Notes: generated by a model from the sequence alone, not told the origin. A stretch of 64,000 bases of DNA from Solirubrobacterales bacterium (GCA_038276395.1 JBBQAA010000044.1:187-64186), one strand, 5' to 3'; positions 1 to 10,144 are shown, counted from the first letter of the stretch. Numbers and translations: made by a program.

Positions 1-664
1 CCTGGCCGAGCAGCTCTCGGGCTGGGTGGCGGAGGGCATCCCGCGGGTGAAGATGAAGCTCGGGCGCGACCCGGCGGCCGACCCGGAGCGCCTGCGCGTC
101 GCGCGCGAGGCGATCGGGGAGGGCGTCCCGCTGATGGTCGACGCCAACGGCGCCTTTCATCCCGACCGCGCGCTCGAGCACGCCGAGCGCTACGCCGAGT
201 TCGGCGTCGACTGGTTCGAGGAGCCCGTCTCCTCCGACGACGTCGCGGGGCTCCGCCGCGTGCGCGACGGCGCCCCGGCGGGAATGGCGATCACCGCGGG
301 GGAGTACGCCTGGAGCCGCTTCGACGCCGCGCGCCTGCTCGACGCGGGCGCGGTCGATGTGCTGCAGGCCGATGTCACCCGCTGCGGCGGCCCGACCGAG
401 CTCGCCCGCATCGACGCGCTCGCCCGGACGCACAACCGCCCGTTCTCCGCGCACTGCGCGCCCGCGCTGACCGCCCACGCGGGCTGCGCCATGGACAGCC
501 TCGTCCACCTCGAGTACTTCCACGACCACGTGCGCCTCGAGGGGATGCTCCTCGACGGCCGCCCGGAGCTCGCCGCCGGCGCGCTGTGGCCGGACCCGAG
601 CCGGCCGGGCAACGGCCTCGGGCTCCGCCGCGCCGACGCCGAGCGCTACCGCGTCTCGCCGTGA
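1..664 (+). CDS. Enolase-superfamily enzyme (mandelate racemase/muconate lactonizing family), C-terminal part; 5' end lies outside the window
   Basis: The ORF frame is open to the window edge. The translation has KMKLG, VDANGA, WFEEP, ITAGE and DVLQAD segments typical of the MR/MLE TIM-barrel. Confidence 0.8.
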   Translation, partial: LAEQLSGWVAEGIPRVKMKLGRDPAADPERLRVAREAIGEGVPLMVDANGAFHPDRALEHAERYAEFGVDWFEEPVSSDDVAGLRRVRDGAPAGMAITAGEYAWSRFDAARLLDAGAVDVLQADVTRCGGPTELARIDALARTHNRPFSAHCAPALTAHAGCAMDSLVHLEYFHDHVRLEGMLLDGRPELAAGALWPDPSRPGNGLGLRRADAERYRVSP

Positions 665-1128
665 GCGCGAGCGAGCCGGGCGAGTTTCGCCACCACCTCA
701 GGACCTCGGGCTCGGAGAGCGCGGGGCCCTACGGGTACTCGCTCACCGTGTGGGGAACGGGCACCGTGGGGATCGACGAGCTGGGCAAGCCGGGGGTCGT
801 CCAGGTGCTGCTGCTCGTCGCCGGCGCCGTCGCCGCCTTCGTGCTCGTCGAGGCGGCCGCCTACGGCACCCTCCGCCCGCACCGCGGGGAGCGGCCCGAG
901 CCCCCGCGGGCGCTGTGGGGCAACGCCCACTGGCTCGCCGCCGGCGGGGCGATCGCGCTCGCGTGGGTCGTCGATCGCGTGCTCGGTACGGGCGTGGCCT
1001 GGCCGCTCGCCGGCTTCGCGGCGACGGCCGCGTTCCTGCTGCTCCAGCCCGTCGAGGCGCTGCTCGCCGAGCGCGCCGAGGGTCTCCAGGCTGACCGCTC
1101 GGGGGAGAGCCCGAGCCGAGCGGAGTAG
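661..1128 (+). CDS. Hypothetical integral membrane protein
   Basis: The GTG at 661 overlaps the upstream TGA (GTGA). The translation has several hydrophobic helices. I recognise no family. Confidence 0.45.
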   Translation: MSASEPGEFRHHLRTSGSESAGPYGYSLTVWGTGTVGIDELGKPGVVQVLLLVAGAVAAFVLVEAAAYGTLRPHRGERPEPPRALWGNAHWLAAGGAIALAWVVDRVLGTGVAWPLAGFAATAAFLLLQPVEALLAERAEGLQADRSGESPSRAE

Positions 1129-1141
1129 GGACGCCGGCGAC

Positions 1142-1756
1142 GTGAGCTCGCTGCGCCTGCTGCTGCCCTCGGGGCGGGGACTGCTTCTGCTCGATCTCGT
1201 GCTGCTGGCCTGGGTCATCCTGTGGATCGCGCTCGGCCTCGCCATCGAACGCGAGGTGCGCGGGCTGCGCCAGGTCTCGGGGACGGTCTATCGCGTCGGG
1301 CTCGCCGTGGAGGACACCGGGTCGGTGCTCTCCGCCCTGTCCTCGCTGCCGCTCGTCGGCAGCCGGGTCACGCGCGCCGCCCAGCGCGTCGAGGCCGCGG
1401 GCCGGAGCGCCGTGAGCTCGAGCCGGGCGAGCCGCCGCAGCGCCGGGCGCCTCTCCTGGCTCCTCGCCCTGGCCATCGCCGTCATCCCCTCCGTCCCCAT
1501 CCTCGGCCTCTACGCCCCCCTGCGGCTGGCGACGATACGCGAGCGCCGGAGCCTGCGCGGGCTGCTCGCGCGGCCGATGGATCCGGTCGAGCTCGACCGC
1601 GCGCTCGCCCATCGCGCCCTGCACACGCTGCCCTACCGCAGGGTCCTGGCCGTCAGCGCCGACCCGTGGGCCGACGTCGTCGCGGGGCGCTACGCGGACC
1701 TCGCCGCGGCGGAGCTCGCGCGCGCGGGGCTCACGCGGCCCTCCCGGCCGGCGTGA
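1142..1756 (+). CDS. Hypothetical membrane protein
   Basis: 204-aa ORF with an N-terminal TM pair and a central TM. Its stop overlaps the MMPL start (GTGA), which suggests co-translation. Confidence 0.5.
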   Translation: MSSLRLLLPSGRGLLLLDLVLLAWVILWIALGLAIEREVRGLRQVSGTVYRVGLAVEDTGSVLSALSSLPLVGSRVTRAAQRVEAAGRSAVSSSRASRRSAGRLSWLLALAIAVIPSVPILGLYAPLRLATIRERRSLRGLLARPMDPVELDRALAHRALHTLPYRRVLAVSADPWADVVAGRYADLAAAELARAGLTRPSRPA

Positions 1757-3978
1757 GCGGCCCGCACGGCTCCCGGCGGGCGCGCGCGATCGTCCGCGGG
1801 CGCTGGCCGATCGTGCTCGGCTGGCTCGCCGTCGCGGTGACGGTCGCGCTCACGCTGCCCTCGATCGAGGAGGCGGGATCGGGCGCGCTCGGCTCGCTCG
1901 TGGACCCCCACGCCGACGCCATCAAGGCCGAGCTCGCCTCGAAGACCGAGTTCGGCTTCCCGCTCCTCGCGCGCACGCTCGTCGTCGAGCGCGATCCGCA
2001 CGGGCTCTCGGCCCGGCGCCAGGCGGCCAGCGTGCGCCGCGCGTTCGCGGCGACCCGCCACCAGCTGCCAGGCGTGCAGCCCGTCGCCGCCGCCCTGCCC
2101 ATGAGCAACGTCCTCGGCCGCCCGCCGTTCTCCCGCGAGCGCTCGACAACGGCGCTGACCTACCTGTTCTTCCGGCCCGACGTCGGCGCGCGGCGCCGCC
2201 TGGACGCCGGGGAGCGCTACATATCGCGCTACGTGCGCCCGCCGCGCGGCGTGTTCGCCGGGGTCACGGGGCAGGCGCCGGCCCGGGCCGAGCAGTCGCA
2301 GATCGTCCGCGACCATCTCCCGCTCGTCGAGCTCCTGACCTTCCTGCTCGTGGCCGGCGCCGTCGGCCTGCGCTTCCGCTCCTTCGGCGCCCCGGCGGTG
2401 ACCATCGCCGCCGTTGCCGTGGCCTACGTGGTGACGGTCCACGTCGTGGCGGCGATCGGCAAGGCGGTGGGGGTCTCCGTCCCCCAGGAGGTCCAGCCGG
2501 TCATCGTCGTGCTCCTGTTCGGTGTCGTCACCGACTACGCGGTGTTCTTCCTCTCGCGCTTCCGCGCCCTCCTGGGCGAGGGGATCGAGCGCCGCGAGGC
2601 CGCCGCGCGGGCCTCCGCGGAGCTGACGCCGATCGTGTTCACCGCCGGGGTCACGGTGGCGGCGGCGACGAGCACGCTGCTCGTCGCCGAGCTCGACTTC
2701 TTCCGTACCTTCGGCCCGGGGCTCGCGCTCGCGGTGCTCATCGGGATGATCGTCGCGCTCACGCTCGTACCCGCGCTGCTGGCACTGCTCGGCGCCGCCG
2801 TCTTCTGGCCCCGGCGCCCGGGCCGCGAGCTCGCCCCGAGCCAGGCGCGGGAGGAGACGGAGTCGGTGGTGCACGACCGCCCGCAGCGCACCCGCGCCGT
2901 GCGCTTCGCCTGCGGCCGCCCGCGGCCCGCCGTGCTCGGCTGCCTGGCCCTCCTCCTGGCCGCCGCCACCGGCGTCTTCCGGCTCGCGCTGAGCGACCCC
3001 GTGATCCGCGGCCTGCCGGCCGGCAACCCGGTCCGCCAGGCCTACTTCCAGGCCGCGCGCGGCTTCGCACCGGGCGCGCTCTCCCCCACCGTGCTCGTCG
3101 TCTCGGCGCCCGGGGTCACCGCCCACCGGGCGGCGCTGGCGCGGCTCCAGCGCGCGCTCGGGCGTCGGAGCGGGATCGCGCTCGCGCTCGGGCCCGCGCA
3201 GCAGCCGGTGCGCGGCGTGCGCCTCGGGGCCACGCTCTCGCGCACCGGCGACGCCGCGCGCTACTTCCTCGTCCTGCGCGCCGACCCGCTGGGGGCGCGG
3301 GCGATCGGGATCGTGCGCCGGCTCCAGCGCGCGCTGCCGGGGATGCTGCGCCGCGCCGGGCTCCCCGCGGACGTCCAGACCGGCCTGGCCGGGGACACCG
3401 CGCTCTCCGCCGAGACGATCGACAAGACCAACGGCGACCTCGGGCGGATCGCGCCGATCGCGCTCCTCGTCATCTTCCTCATCCTCGCCATCTACCTCCG
3501 CGCCCTGTTCGCGCCCGTCTACCTCGTGCTCGTCAGCGTGCTCGCCTTCACGTCCGGGCTCGGCGTGGCCACCTACCTCTTCCAGGACGTCCTCGGCTAC
3601 GACGGCGTCACCTACTACGTCCCGTTCGTCGTCGCCGTCCTGCTCGTCTCCCTCGGCTCGGACTACAATGTCTTCCTCGTCGGGCGCGTATGGGCGGCGG
3701 CGCGGCGACGGCCGCTCGCGGAGGCGATCCCCGACGCCGCCTCGCGCGCCTCCTCGGCCATCACGCTCGCGGGGCTCGTGCTGGCGGGCTCCTTCGCTCT
3801 GCTCGCGGTGGTGCCCGATCGCGCCTTCGGGGAGATCGCGGTGACGATGGCCGTCGGCCTCCTGCTCGACGCGTTCGTCGTCCGCACCGTGCTCGTGCCG
3901 GCGATCATGACCCTCGCGGGCCCGCGCAGCGGCTGGCCGGGGAGCCGGCTCGCACGGGACCCGGCGCCGGCGGCGTAG
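1753..3978 (+). CDS. MMPL-family (RND superfamily) membrane transporter
   Basis: About 741 aa from the GTG at 1753. There are two blocks of 5-6 TM helices separated by soluble loops, with the typical MMPL motif GSDYNVFLVGR. The ORF-track start at 1222 is an upstream Arg-rich extension and is rejected. Confidence 0.85.
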   Translation: MSGPHGSRRARAIVRGRWPIVLGWLAVAVTVALTLPSIEEAGSGALGSLVDPHADAIKAELASKTEFGFPLLARTLVVERDPHGLSARRQAASVRRAFAATRHQLPGVQPVAAALPMSNVLGRPPFSRERSTTALTYLFFRPDVGARRRLDAGERYISRYVRPPRGVFAGVTGQAPARAEQSQIVRDHLPLVELLTFLLVAGAVGLRFRSFGAPAVTIAAVAVAYVVTVHVVAAIGKAVGVSVPQEVQPVIVVLLFGVVTDYAVFFLSRFRALLGEGIERREAAARASAELTPIVFTAGVTVAAATSTLLVAELDFFRTFGPGLALAVLIGMIVALTLVPALLALLGAAVFWPRRPGRELAPSQAREETESVVHDRPQRTRAVRFACGRPRPAVLGCLALLLAAATGVFRLALSDPVIRGLPAGNPVRQAYFQAARGFAPGALSPTVLVVSAPGVTAHRAALARLQRALGRRSGIALALGPAQQPVRGVRLGATLSRTGDAARYFLVLRADPLGARAIGIVRRLQRALPGMLRRAGLPADVQTGLAGDTALSAETIDKTNGDLGRIAPIALLVIFLILAIYLRALFAPVYLVLVSVLAFTSGLGVATYLFQDVLGYDGVTYYVPFVVAVLLVSLGSDYNVFLVGRVWAAARRRPLAEAIPDAASRASSAITLAGLVLAGSFALLAVVPDRAFGEIAVTMAVGLLLDAFVVRTVLVPAIMTLAGPRSGWPGSRLARDPAPAA

Positions 3979-4753
3979 GGGCGACCCTAGGGCGCGGCCG
4001 GCCGTTGCCCTCCGCGCCGGTGGCGGCGAGGGCGCCCATCTCCGTCAGCTCGGTGGGCGGGCCGCCGGTCAGGAGCCAGGTCTCGTCCTCCCGGAGCACG
4101 AGCCCCCGCTCGGAGAGCCGGGAGAGCGCGGTGGTCACCGACGGGCGCCGCGCGGCGACGAGCTCGGCGAGCGTCGAGTGCGGCAGGCGCAGGTGCAGGC
4201 GGATGCCGTCCGGGCCCACCCGCCCCCAGCGGCCCGCGAGCTGCCAGAGGAGCATGTGGAGCCGGATCTCGAGCCGCGGCTGGTGGATGATCGAGATGAG
4301 GATCGCCAGATGCCGTGAGCGCTTCAGCGCGCGCTCGACGATCCGTCCCGTGACCTCCGGGTAGTGGGCCAGGCGGACGAGCAGCGGCACGTCCAGCACC
4401 GCCAGGCGGCAATCGCTGAGCACCCGCCACGCCGCCTCGGGGGCGAGCGTGGGCTCGTCGTCCTCGCCCTGCCACGGCCGCAGGAGGTCGCCGCTGCCGA
4501 GCAGCTCCGCCCCGTAGCGGCCCCCGAGGCCCACCCGGCGCAGCAGCAGGCCGTCGAGCACGAGGAATCCCGCCCCCCGCTCGTGCGGCGGCCGCGGCAG
4601 GAGCCGGCCGTCGGCCAAGCGCTTCGCGTCCTGGGCGCCGAGGCGCATGACGCGGACCGGCAGCGCCTGCTCCGCGACGGCGAGGCGGGCGGGATCGAGG
4701 TCCCGGCCGAGGTCCGGATCCTCGCTCAGCAGCTGGCCGGTCTCCCCCCGCAT
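3905..4753 (-). CDS. Crp/Fnr-family transcriptional regulator
   Basis: The central part is cNMP-binding-like. The C-terminal HTH segment is HSTLAELVAARRPSVTTALSRLSERGLV. The 3' end overlaps the convergent MMPL gene by 74 nt. Confidence 0.75.
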   Translation of the reverse strand: MRGETGQLLSEDPDLGRDLDPARLAVAEQALPVRVMRLGAQDAKRLADGRLLPRPPHERGAGFLVLDGLLLRRVGLGGRYGAELLGSGDLLRPWQGEDDEPTLAPEAAWRVLSDCRLAVLDVPLLVRLAHYPEVTGRIVERALKRSRHLAILISIIHQPRLEIRLHMLLWQLAGRWGRVGPDGIRLHLRLPHSTLAELVAARRPSVTTALSRLSERGLVLREDETWLLTGGPPTELTEMGALAATGAEGNGRPRPRVAPTPPAPGPVRAGSPASRCAGPRGS

Positions 4754-4774
4754 GGTCGGGAGGCTATACCGCGC

Positions 4775-4805
4775 AACCTGAGAGGGGTCAGACCCCTCTC
4801 AGGTT
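4775..4805. repeat. Perfect inverted repeat, 15-bp arms around one central base (AACCTGAGAGGGGTC a GACCCCTCTCAGGTT)
   Basis: Read directly from the sequence. It lies in the 67-nt gap between the ferritin-like gene stop (4821) and the Crp/Fnr gene start (4753). It could be a terminator hairpin or an operator. Confidence 0.7.
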
Positions 4806-4820
4806 CGCGGGACGGTTCTC

Positions 4821-5492
4821 CTACCCCCTGATGAAGTGGAGGCTCTTCACGTCGGAGAGGACGCGGTGCATCGACTTCGGCTTGTCGAAGGCGCCGTTCG
4901 GCGTGATGCCGAGCGGGCCGCCGACGCGGCCGCGAATGAGCCCGAACGCGGAAGCGTGGCGGGCCTCGATCGTGAGGATCGAGATCGCGGCCTTGAGGTA
5001 GTCCTCATTCTTGATCCGCGGGCCCTGGCCCGAGTAGGCGGCGACGCCCTCGTTCTCGAGCACGAAGGCCGTGTTCAGGAACTTCAGCCGGTTGTAGGTC
5101 GTGCCGCGGAAGTTGAACCGCGGCTTCTTGACGGCCTTGCTGCCGAGCGCCTTGCGCAGGAACTTGACGTGGGCGTCCTCGTGGCGCCGGACGACGTTGG
5201 CGAGGTTGTAGCTCCGGCCGTGAAGTCCGGCGTGCCTGACGCCCTCGTTGTAGAACGCGGCCTCGAGGTACTCGAGCGTGAGCGCGAAGTTGAGGATGTC
5301 GACGTCGCTCGAGCCCGTCGCCGAGGCGAGTCCGGGCAGGGCCATGCCGCCGGCGACGATCGTGCCGCCGAAGACCCCGGCCTTACGCAGGAAGGCGGAA
5401 CGCGTGTCGCTGTCGACTCGCTCGGCCGCCTCGCGGATCGCACCGTCAACGTCGAGCTGGTCGAGCGTCAGACCTTCAGAGATGCTGGACAT
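4821..5492 (-). CDS. Ferritin-like domain protein (Ferritin_2/DUF-type), probably exported
   Basis: LNFALTLEYLEAAFY ... HEDAHVKFL ... EGVAAY ... IEARHA is the di-iron ferritin-like pattern. The N-terminus has a Tat-like TRSAFLRKAG plus a hydrophobic stretch, with RS in place of RR. Confidence 0.75.
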   Translation of the reverse strand: MSSISEGLTLDQLDVDGAIREAAERVDSDTRSAFLRKAGVFGGTIVAGGMALPGLASATGSSDVDILNFALTLEYLEAAFYNEGVRHAGLHGRSYNLANVVRRHEDAHVKFLRKALGSKAVKKPRFNFRGTTYNRLKFLNTAFVLENEGVAAYSGQGPRIKNEDYLKAAISILTIEARHASAFGLIRGRVGGPLGITPNGAFDKPKSMHRVLSDVKSLHFIRG

Positions 5493-5697
5493 GAAGTCTC
5501 CTCTTGCTCCGGCCGGAGACGCGACGACGCCGCGCCCGGGCCGGGTTGTGTCGGTCTAAAGAACTTGCGCTAGAACCCTCCGGCCGGATCAACCGCCAAC
5601 GCGCCAGGAGGACAGCGGCGGAGCGGACGCGCCAAGTGTCCTCGTTGGCCCCGCCGGGCCCCAGGCGGCTGGGACACTCGATAGCGTCGCCGGACGG

Positions 5698-6528
5698 ATG
5701 CGCACTCGGCCCTTCGCCCAGGTCGACGTCTTCGGCGCCACGCCGCACGCGGGTAACCCCGTGGCGGTCGTGCTCGACGGGGAGGGCCTCGACACGGAGA
5801 CCATGCGGCGCTTCGCTCGCTGGACGAACCTCTCCGAGACGACCTTCGTGCTGCCCGCGGAGGCGCCGGGAGCGAGCTACCGGGTCCGGATCTTCACCCC
5901 GACGACCGAGCTGCCCTTCGCCGGACATCCGACGCTCGGCACGTGCCACGCGTGGCGCGAGGCGGCAGGGGGCGCCGCCGGTCCGGGCCCCTACATCCAG
6001 GAGTGCGGCGCCGGCCTCGTCCGGATCCGCCCCACCCCGGCCGGGCTCGCCTTCGCCGCCCCGCCGCTCCTCCGGTCCGGAGAGGTCGCCGCGGATCTGC
6101 TTGCGGACATCGCCCGCGCGCTCGGCCTCTCCCCCGGCGAGATCCTCGACGCCCAGTGGGTCGACAACGGCCCCGGCTGGGTCGCCGTGCTCCTCGAGGA
6201 CCCCGCGCGGGTGCTTGCCCTCCGCCCCGCCGATCTCGACCTCGACCTCGGCGTCGCCGCACTGCATCCTCCGGGCGAGGAGGTGGCGCTCGAGGTGCGG
6301 GCCTTCCCCAAGGACGGCACGCTCGTCGAGGACCCGGTCACCGGCAGCCTGAACGCCTCCCTGGCCGAGTGGCTCCTGCGCACGCGGCGCCTCGCGGCCC
6401 CCTACGTCGCCCGCCAGGGCACGGCGCTCGGCCGCGCGGGACGGGTCCACGTCGATCGCGACCCGGACGGGACGGTCTGGGTCGCGGGCGCGACCCGCAC
6501 CCTCCTCGAGGGCGACGCGCTCCTCTGA
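5698..6528 (+). CDS. PhzF-family isomerase
   Basis: FAQVDVFG...GNPVAVV...NLSETTFV...IFTP..ELPFAGHPTLG are classic PhzF motifs. Confidence 0.85.
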   Translation: MRTRPFAQVDVFGATPHAGNPVAVVLDGEGLDTETMRRFARWTNLSETTFVLPAEAPGASYRVRIFTPTTELPFAGHPTLGTCHAWREAAGGAAGPGPYIQECGAGLVRIRPTPAGLAFAAPPLLRSGEVAADLLADIARALGLSPGEILDAQWVDNGPGWVAVLLEDPARVLALRPADLDLDLGVAALHPPGEEVALEVRAFPKDGTLVEDPVTGSLNASLAEWLLRTRRLAAPYVARQGTALGRAGRVHVDRDPDGTVWVAGATRTLLEGDALL

Positions 6529-6601
6529 GCGCCGGGCCGCAGTCAGGGCGCTGACCCGGCGGACCGCCGCGCCGCGCGCTCGGGTAGCTTGCGGCCTGAC
6601 C

Positions 6602-7651
6602 GTGCCCGAGCTCCGGCGATCTGCGCGAGGCCCGACCCGAGCGGCGTATCCCCACGCCCGGCGGCTCGCCGTCCCCCTCACCGCGCTGGCGCTCCTCGCC
6701 GGAGGCTGCGGCAACTCGCCCTCCACGCTGCGCCCCCACTCCCGTCCCGCCCGGGAGATCGCCGACCTGTGGTGGTGGATGCTCGCCGCGGCGGCGGTCG
6801 TGTTCCTCGGCGCGATCGTCATGCTCGCGCTCTCGTGGTGGCGCCGCGGGCGCCCGGGCCTGCCGGTGTTCGGCGACCGCGACGACATCGCCCGCCGCCT
6901 CGTCGTGCTCTTCGGCGTGCTCGTCCCGCTCGTCGTGCTGATCGCCCTCTTCGTCGTCGCCGACGCGCTCGTGGTCAAGGACACCGGCGCGCCGGCGCGC
7001 GGCTCCACGGCGATGACGATCGAGGTGACCGGCCGCCAGTGGTTCTGGACCGTCCGCTACCCCGGCACCCGCGCCATCACCGCCAACGAGATCCACATCC
7101 CGGCGAACACGCGCATCAACATCGTCGCCCGGACCGCCGACGTCATCCACTCCTTCTGGGTTCCGCAGCTCAACCGCAAGATCGACATGATCCCCGGCCT
7201 GTCCAACCGAGTGCTGCTCTACGCCAACCAGATCGGGCGCTACCGCGGCCAGTGCTCTGAGTTCTGCGGGCTCGAGCACGCGAACATGGCCTTCGACGTC
7301 GACGCGGAGACGCCCGCCGCCTTCCGCGCCTGGCTGCACCGCGAGGCCGCACCCGCCACCCCGCCCGCGACCCCGGCGCAGAAGGCGGGCGCGGACGTCT
7401 TCATGAACGATCAGTGCGCGAGCTGCCACACGATCCGCGGCACCTCTGCGCGCGGGCTCGTCGGCCCCGACCTGACGCACCTGGGCAGCCGGCGGACCCT
7501 GGCCGCGCTGACGATCCCCAACCGCCTGAGCGAGCTGCGCGAGTGGATCAGGGATCCGCAGCACGTGAAGCCGGGGAACAAGATGCCGGGGCTGAACCTC
7601 GCACCCCGCGACCTCGACGCGGTCGCCCGCTACCTCGAGGGGCTGAAGTAG
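6602..7651 (+). CDS. ctaC: Cytochrome c oxidase subunit II with fused C-terminal cytochrome c domain (caa3 type); lipoprotein signal
   Basis: CuA motif HSFWVP...CSEFCGLEHANM. C-terminal CASCH heme c motif plus KMPG. Lipobox LLAGGC. Confidence 0.9.
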   Translation: MPELRRSARGPTRAAYPHARRLAVPLTALALLAGGCGNSPSTLRPHSRPAREIADLWWWMLAAAAVVFLGAIVMLALSWWRRGRPGLPVFGDRDDIARRLVVLFGVLVPLVVLIALFVVADALVVKDTGAPARGSTAMTIEVTGRQWFWTVRYPGTRAITANEIHIPANTRINIVARTADVIHSFWVPQLNRKIDMIPGLSNRVLLYANQIGRYRGQCSEFCGLEHANMAFDVDAETPAAFRAWLHREAAPATPPATPAQKAGADVFMNDQCASCHTIRGTSARGLVGPDLTHLGSRRTLAALTIPNRLSELREWIRDPQHVKPGNKMPGLNLAPRDLDAVARYLEGLK

Positions 7652-9556
7652 GTGTCGACCGCCGCCAGCCCCGGCGCGCGCCTGCACCGCGGACGCCTCG
7701 ACCGCGTGTGGACCGAGCGCCCGGGCGTCCTCGGCTGGCTGACGACGACCGACCACAAGAAGATCGCCGCGCTCTACCTGTTCACCTCGCTCCTGTTCTT
7801 CGGCGCGGGCGGCGTCGAGGCGCTGCTCATCCGCACGCAGCTCATCGGCCCCGGCCTCCACGTGCTGAGCCCGGCGGCCTACGACCAGGTCTTCACGATG
7901 CACGGGATCACGATGATCTTCCTCTTCGTGATCCCGATGACCACGGGCGCGTTCGGGAACTACCTCGTCCCGCTGATGATCGGCGCGCGGGACATGGCCT
8001 TCCCGCGCCTGAACGCGTTCTCGTTCTGGGCCTACGCCGCCTCGGGGATCTTCCTCTACATCGGGCTCGCCGCCGGGGTCGGGCCCAACGCCGGCTGGTT
8101 CAACTACGTGCCGCTCGCCTCGAAGGCGTTCTCCCCCGGGCACAACATCGACTTCTACGCGCTCGGGCTCATCCTCAACGGGATCTCCTCGACCGCGGCG
8201 GCGATCAACTTTATCGTCACGATCTTCAAGCTGCGCGCGCCGGGCATGTCGCTGAACCGCATGCCGCTGTTCTGCTACGCCTTCCTCGCCGTCTCCTTCG
8301 CGCTCGTCTTCGCGCTGCCCGCGCTGACGCTCTGCCTCGTCCTGCTCGAGCTCGACCGCATGCTCGGGTTCCACTTCTACGACGTGGCCCAAGGCGGCCT
8401 GCCGCTGCTCTGGCAGCACCTGTTCTGGATCTTCGGCCACCCCGAGGTCTACATCATCATCCTGCCCGCATTCGGCATCGCCACGTCGATCATCCCCACC
8501 TTCGCGCGCCGGCGCATGGTCGCCTTCCCGCTCGTCGCCCTGGGGGAGGTCCTCGTCGCCTTCCTCGGCTTCGGCGTGTGGGCCCACCACATGTTCGCCG
8601 TCGGTCTCTCGACGATCGCCACGATCTACTTCGCCGCGGCCAGCCTCATCATCGTCATCCCGAGCGGCATGCAGCTGTTCGCCTGGATCATCACGATCCT
8701 CACGGGGAAGCCGGTCTTCAAGACGCCGTTGCTCTTCATCATCGGGTTCATCGTCTTCTTCATCATCGGCGGGCTGACGGGGATCATGGTCGCCGCCATC
8801 CCGTTCGACCAGCAGGTGACCGACACCTACTTCATCGTCGCCCACTTCCACTTCGTGATCTTCGGCGCGGCGGTCTTCCCGATCCTCGGCGGCCTCTACT
8901 ACTGGTTCCCCAAGGTCACGGGCCGGATGTACCACGAGCGGGCGGGCAAGATCTCCTTCTGGATCACGTTCGCGGGCACGACGCTCACGTTCTTCCCCAT
9001 GCATATCGTCGGGCTACTCGGGATGCCCCGGCGCCAGTGGACCTACCACTCCGGGCTCGGCTGGGACATCTACAACCTGCTCGAGTCGCTCGGCTCCTAC
9101 CTGCTGACGGCGGGGCTGCTGCTCATCGCCGCGAACCTCATCTACAGCCGCTTCCGGGGTGCCCCGGCGGGGCCGGACCCCTGGGGCGGCGACACCCTCG
9201 AGTGGTCGACGACCTCCCCGCCGCCGGCCTACAACTACGCCGTCATCCCCAAGGTCTCGAGCCCCTACGCCATGTGGGACAAGGAGGACCGGGAGGAGGA
9301 CGCCCGCCGGCTCGAGCGCGGCGAGCGCGTGCTCGAGGGCGGCCACGAGACCCCGGCGAGCACCGTGCTCGACGCCGAGTGGGACGAGACCCTGGACATG
9401 GTCTCGGACTCTCCCCACCCCATCCTGCTCGCGCTCGCGCTCGCGCTCAGCTTCGGCGCGCGGCTCCTCGGGCACTGGACGCTCGCGCTCGGCCTGCTGG
9501 CGCTCGGCGCGCTCGTGCTCTTCTCCTGGCACTCTGTCGAGCCCGAGGAGGGCTAG
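7652..9556 (+). CDS. ctaD: Cytochrome c oxidase subunit I (A-type heme-copper oxidase) with C-terminal two-helix extension
   Basis: WFFGHPEVYIIILPAFG and HHMF motifs, 12 core TM helices. An extra roughly 90 aa ends in two further hydrophobic helices. Confidence 0.95.
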   Translation: MSTAASPGARLHRGRLDRVWTERPGVLGWLTTTDHKKIAALYLFTSLLFFGAGGVEALLIRTQLIGPGLHVLSPAAYDQVFTMHGITMIFLFVIPMTTGAFGNYLVPLMIGARDMAFPRLNAFSFWAYAASGIFLYIGLAAGVGPNAGWFNYVPLASKAFSPGHNIDFYALGLILNGISSTAAAINFIVTIFKLRAPGMSLNRMPLFCYAFLAVSFALVFALPALTLCLVLLELDRMLGFHFYDVAQGGLPLLWQHLFWIFGHPEVYIIILPAFGIATSIIPTFARRRMVAFPLVALGEVLVAFLGFGVWAHHMFAVGLSTIATIYFAAASLIIVIPSGMQLFAWIITILTGKPVFKTPLLFIIGFIVFFIIGGLTGIMVAAIPFDQQVTDTYFIVAHFHFVIFGAAVFPILGGLYYWFPKVTGRMYHERAGKISFWITFAGTTLTFFPMHIVGLLGMPRRQWTYHSGLGWDIYNLLESLGSYLLTAGLLLIAANLIYSRFRGAPAGPDPWGGDTLEWSTTSPPPAYNYAVIPKVSSPYAMWDKEDREEDARRLERGERVLEGGHETPASTVLDAEWDETLDMVSDSPHPILLALALALSFGARLLGHWTLALGLLALGALVLFSWHSVEPEEG

Positions 9557-10144
9557 GTGAGCGCCTCCGCGAACCTCCCCGCCGCGCTGCGCCGCTCCCC
9601 CCCCCGCGGCTGGTGGGGTGCGCTGCTGCTCGTGGCCACGGAGACGATGCTCTTCGCGGGGCTGATCGCCACCTACCTCTACCTGGAGTTCTCCTCCAAG
9701 CGCTGGCCGCCGCTCGGGGTCGAGAAGCCGAGCGTGGCGCTCCCGCTCATCCTGACCGGCGTGCTCGTGCTCACCGCCGTCCCGGTGTTCCGGGCGGCCG
9801 GCGCCGGGCTCCGCGGCCGGCTCGGGGAGGCGACCGGGATGCTGGCGCTCGCCTTCGCCCTCCAGGCGGGGTACCTGGCCGTGCAGATCATCCTCTACCG
9901 CTCGGATCTTCACAAGTTCAGCCCCAAGGGCTCGGCCTACGGCTCGATCTACTTCACCATGCTGGCCGTCGACCACGCCCACGTGATCGTCGGGCTGCTG
10001 CTCGACCTCGGCCTGCTCTACCGCCTGCGCCACGGGCTCTCGCGCTACCGCGTCAACGCCCTCCGCGTGGTCGCGCTCTACTGGGCCTTCGTCGGCCTCG
10101 CCAGCATCGCCGTCGTCTTCACCCAGGTGTCGCCGTCGCTGTGA
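9557..10144 (+). CDS. ctaE: Cytochrome c oxidase subunit III, short 5-TM form
   Basis: 195 aa with five predicted helices. YFTMLAVDHAHVIVG is the typical subunit III segment. The start abuts the ctaD stop. Confidence 0.85.
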   Translation: MSASANLPAALRRSPPRGWWGALLLVATETMLFAGLIATYLYLEFSSKRWPPLGVEKPSVALPLILTGVLVLTAVPVFRAAGAGLRGRLGEATGMLALAFALQAGYLAVQIILYRSDLHKFSPKGSAYGSIYFTMLAVDHAHVIVGLLLDLGLLYRLRHGLSRYRVNALRVVALYWAFVGLASIAVVFTQVSPSL

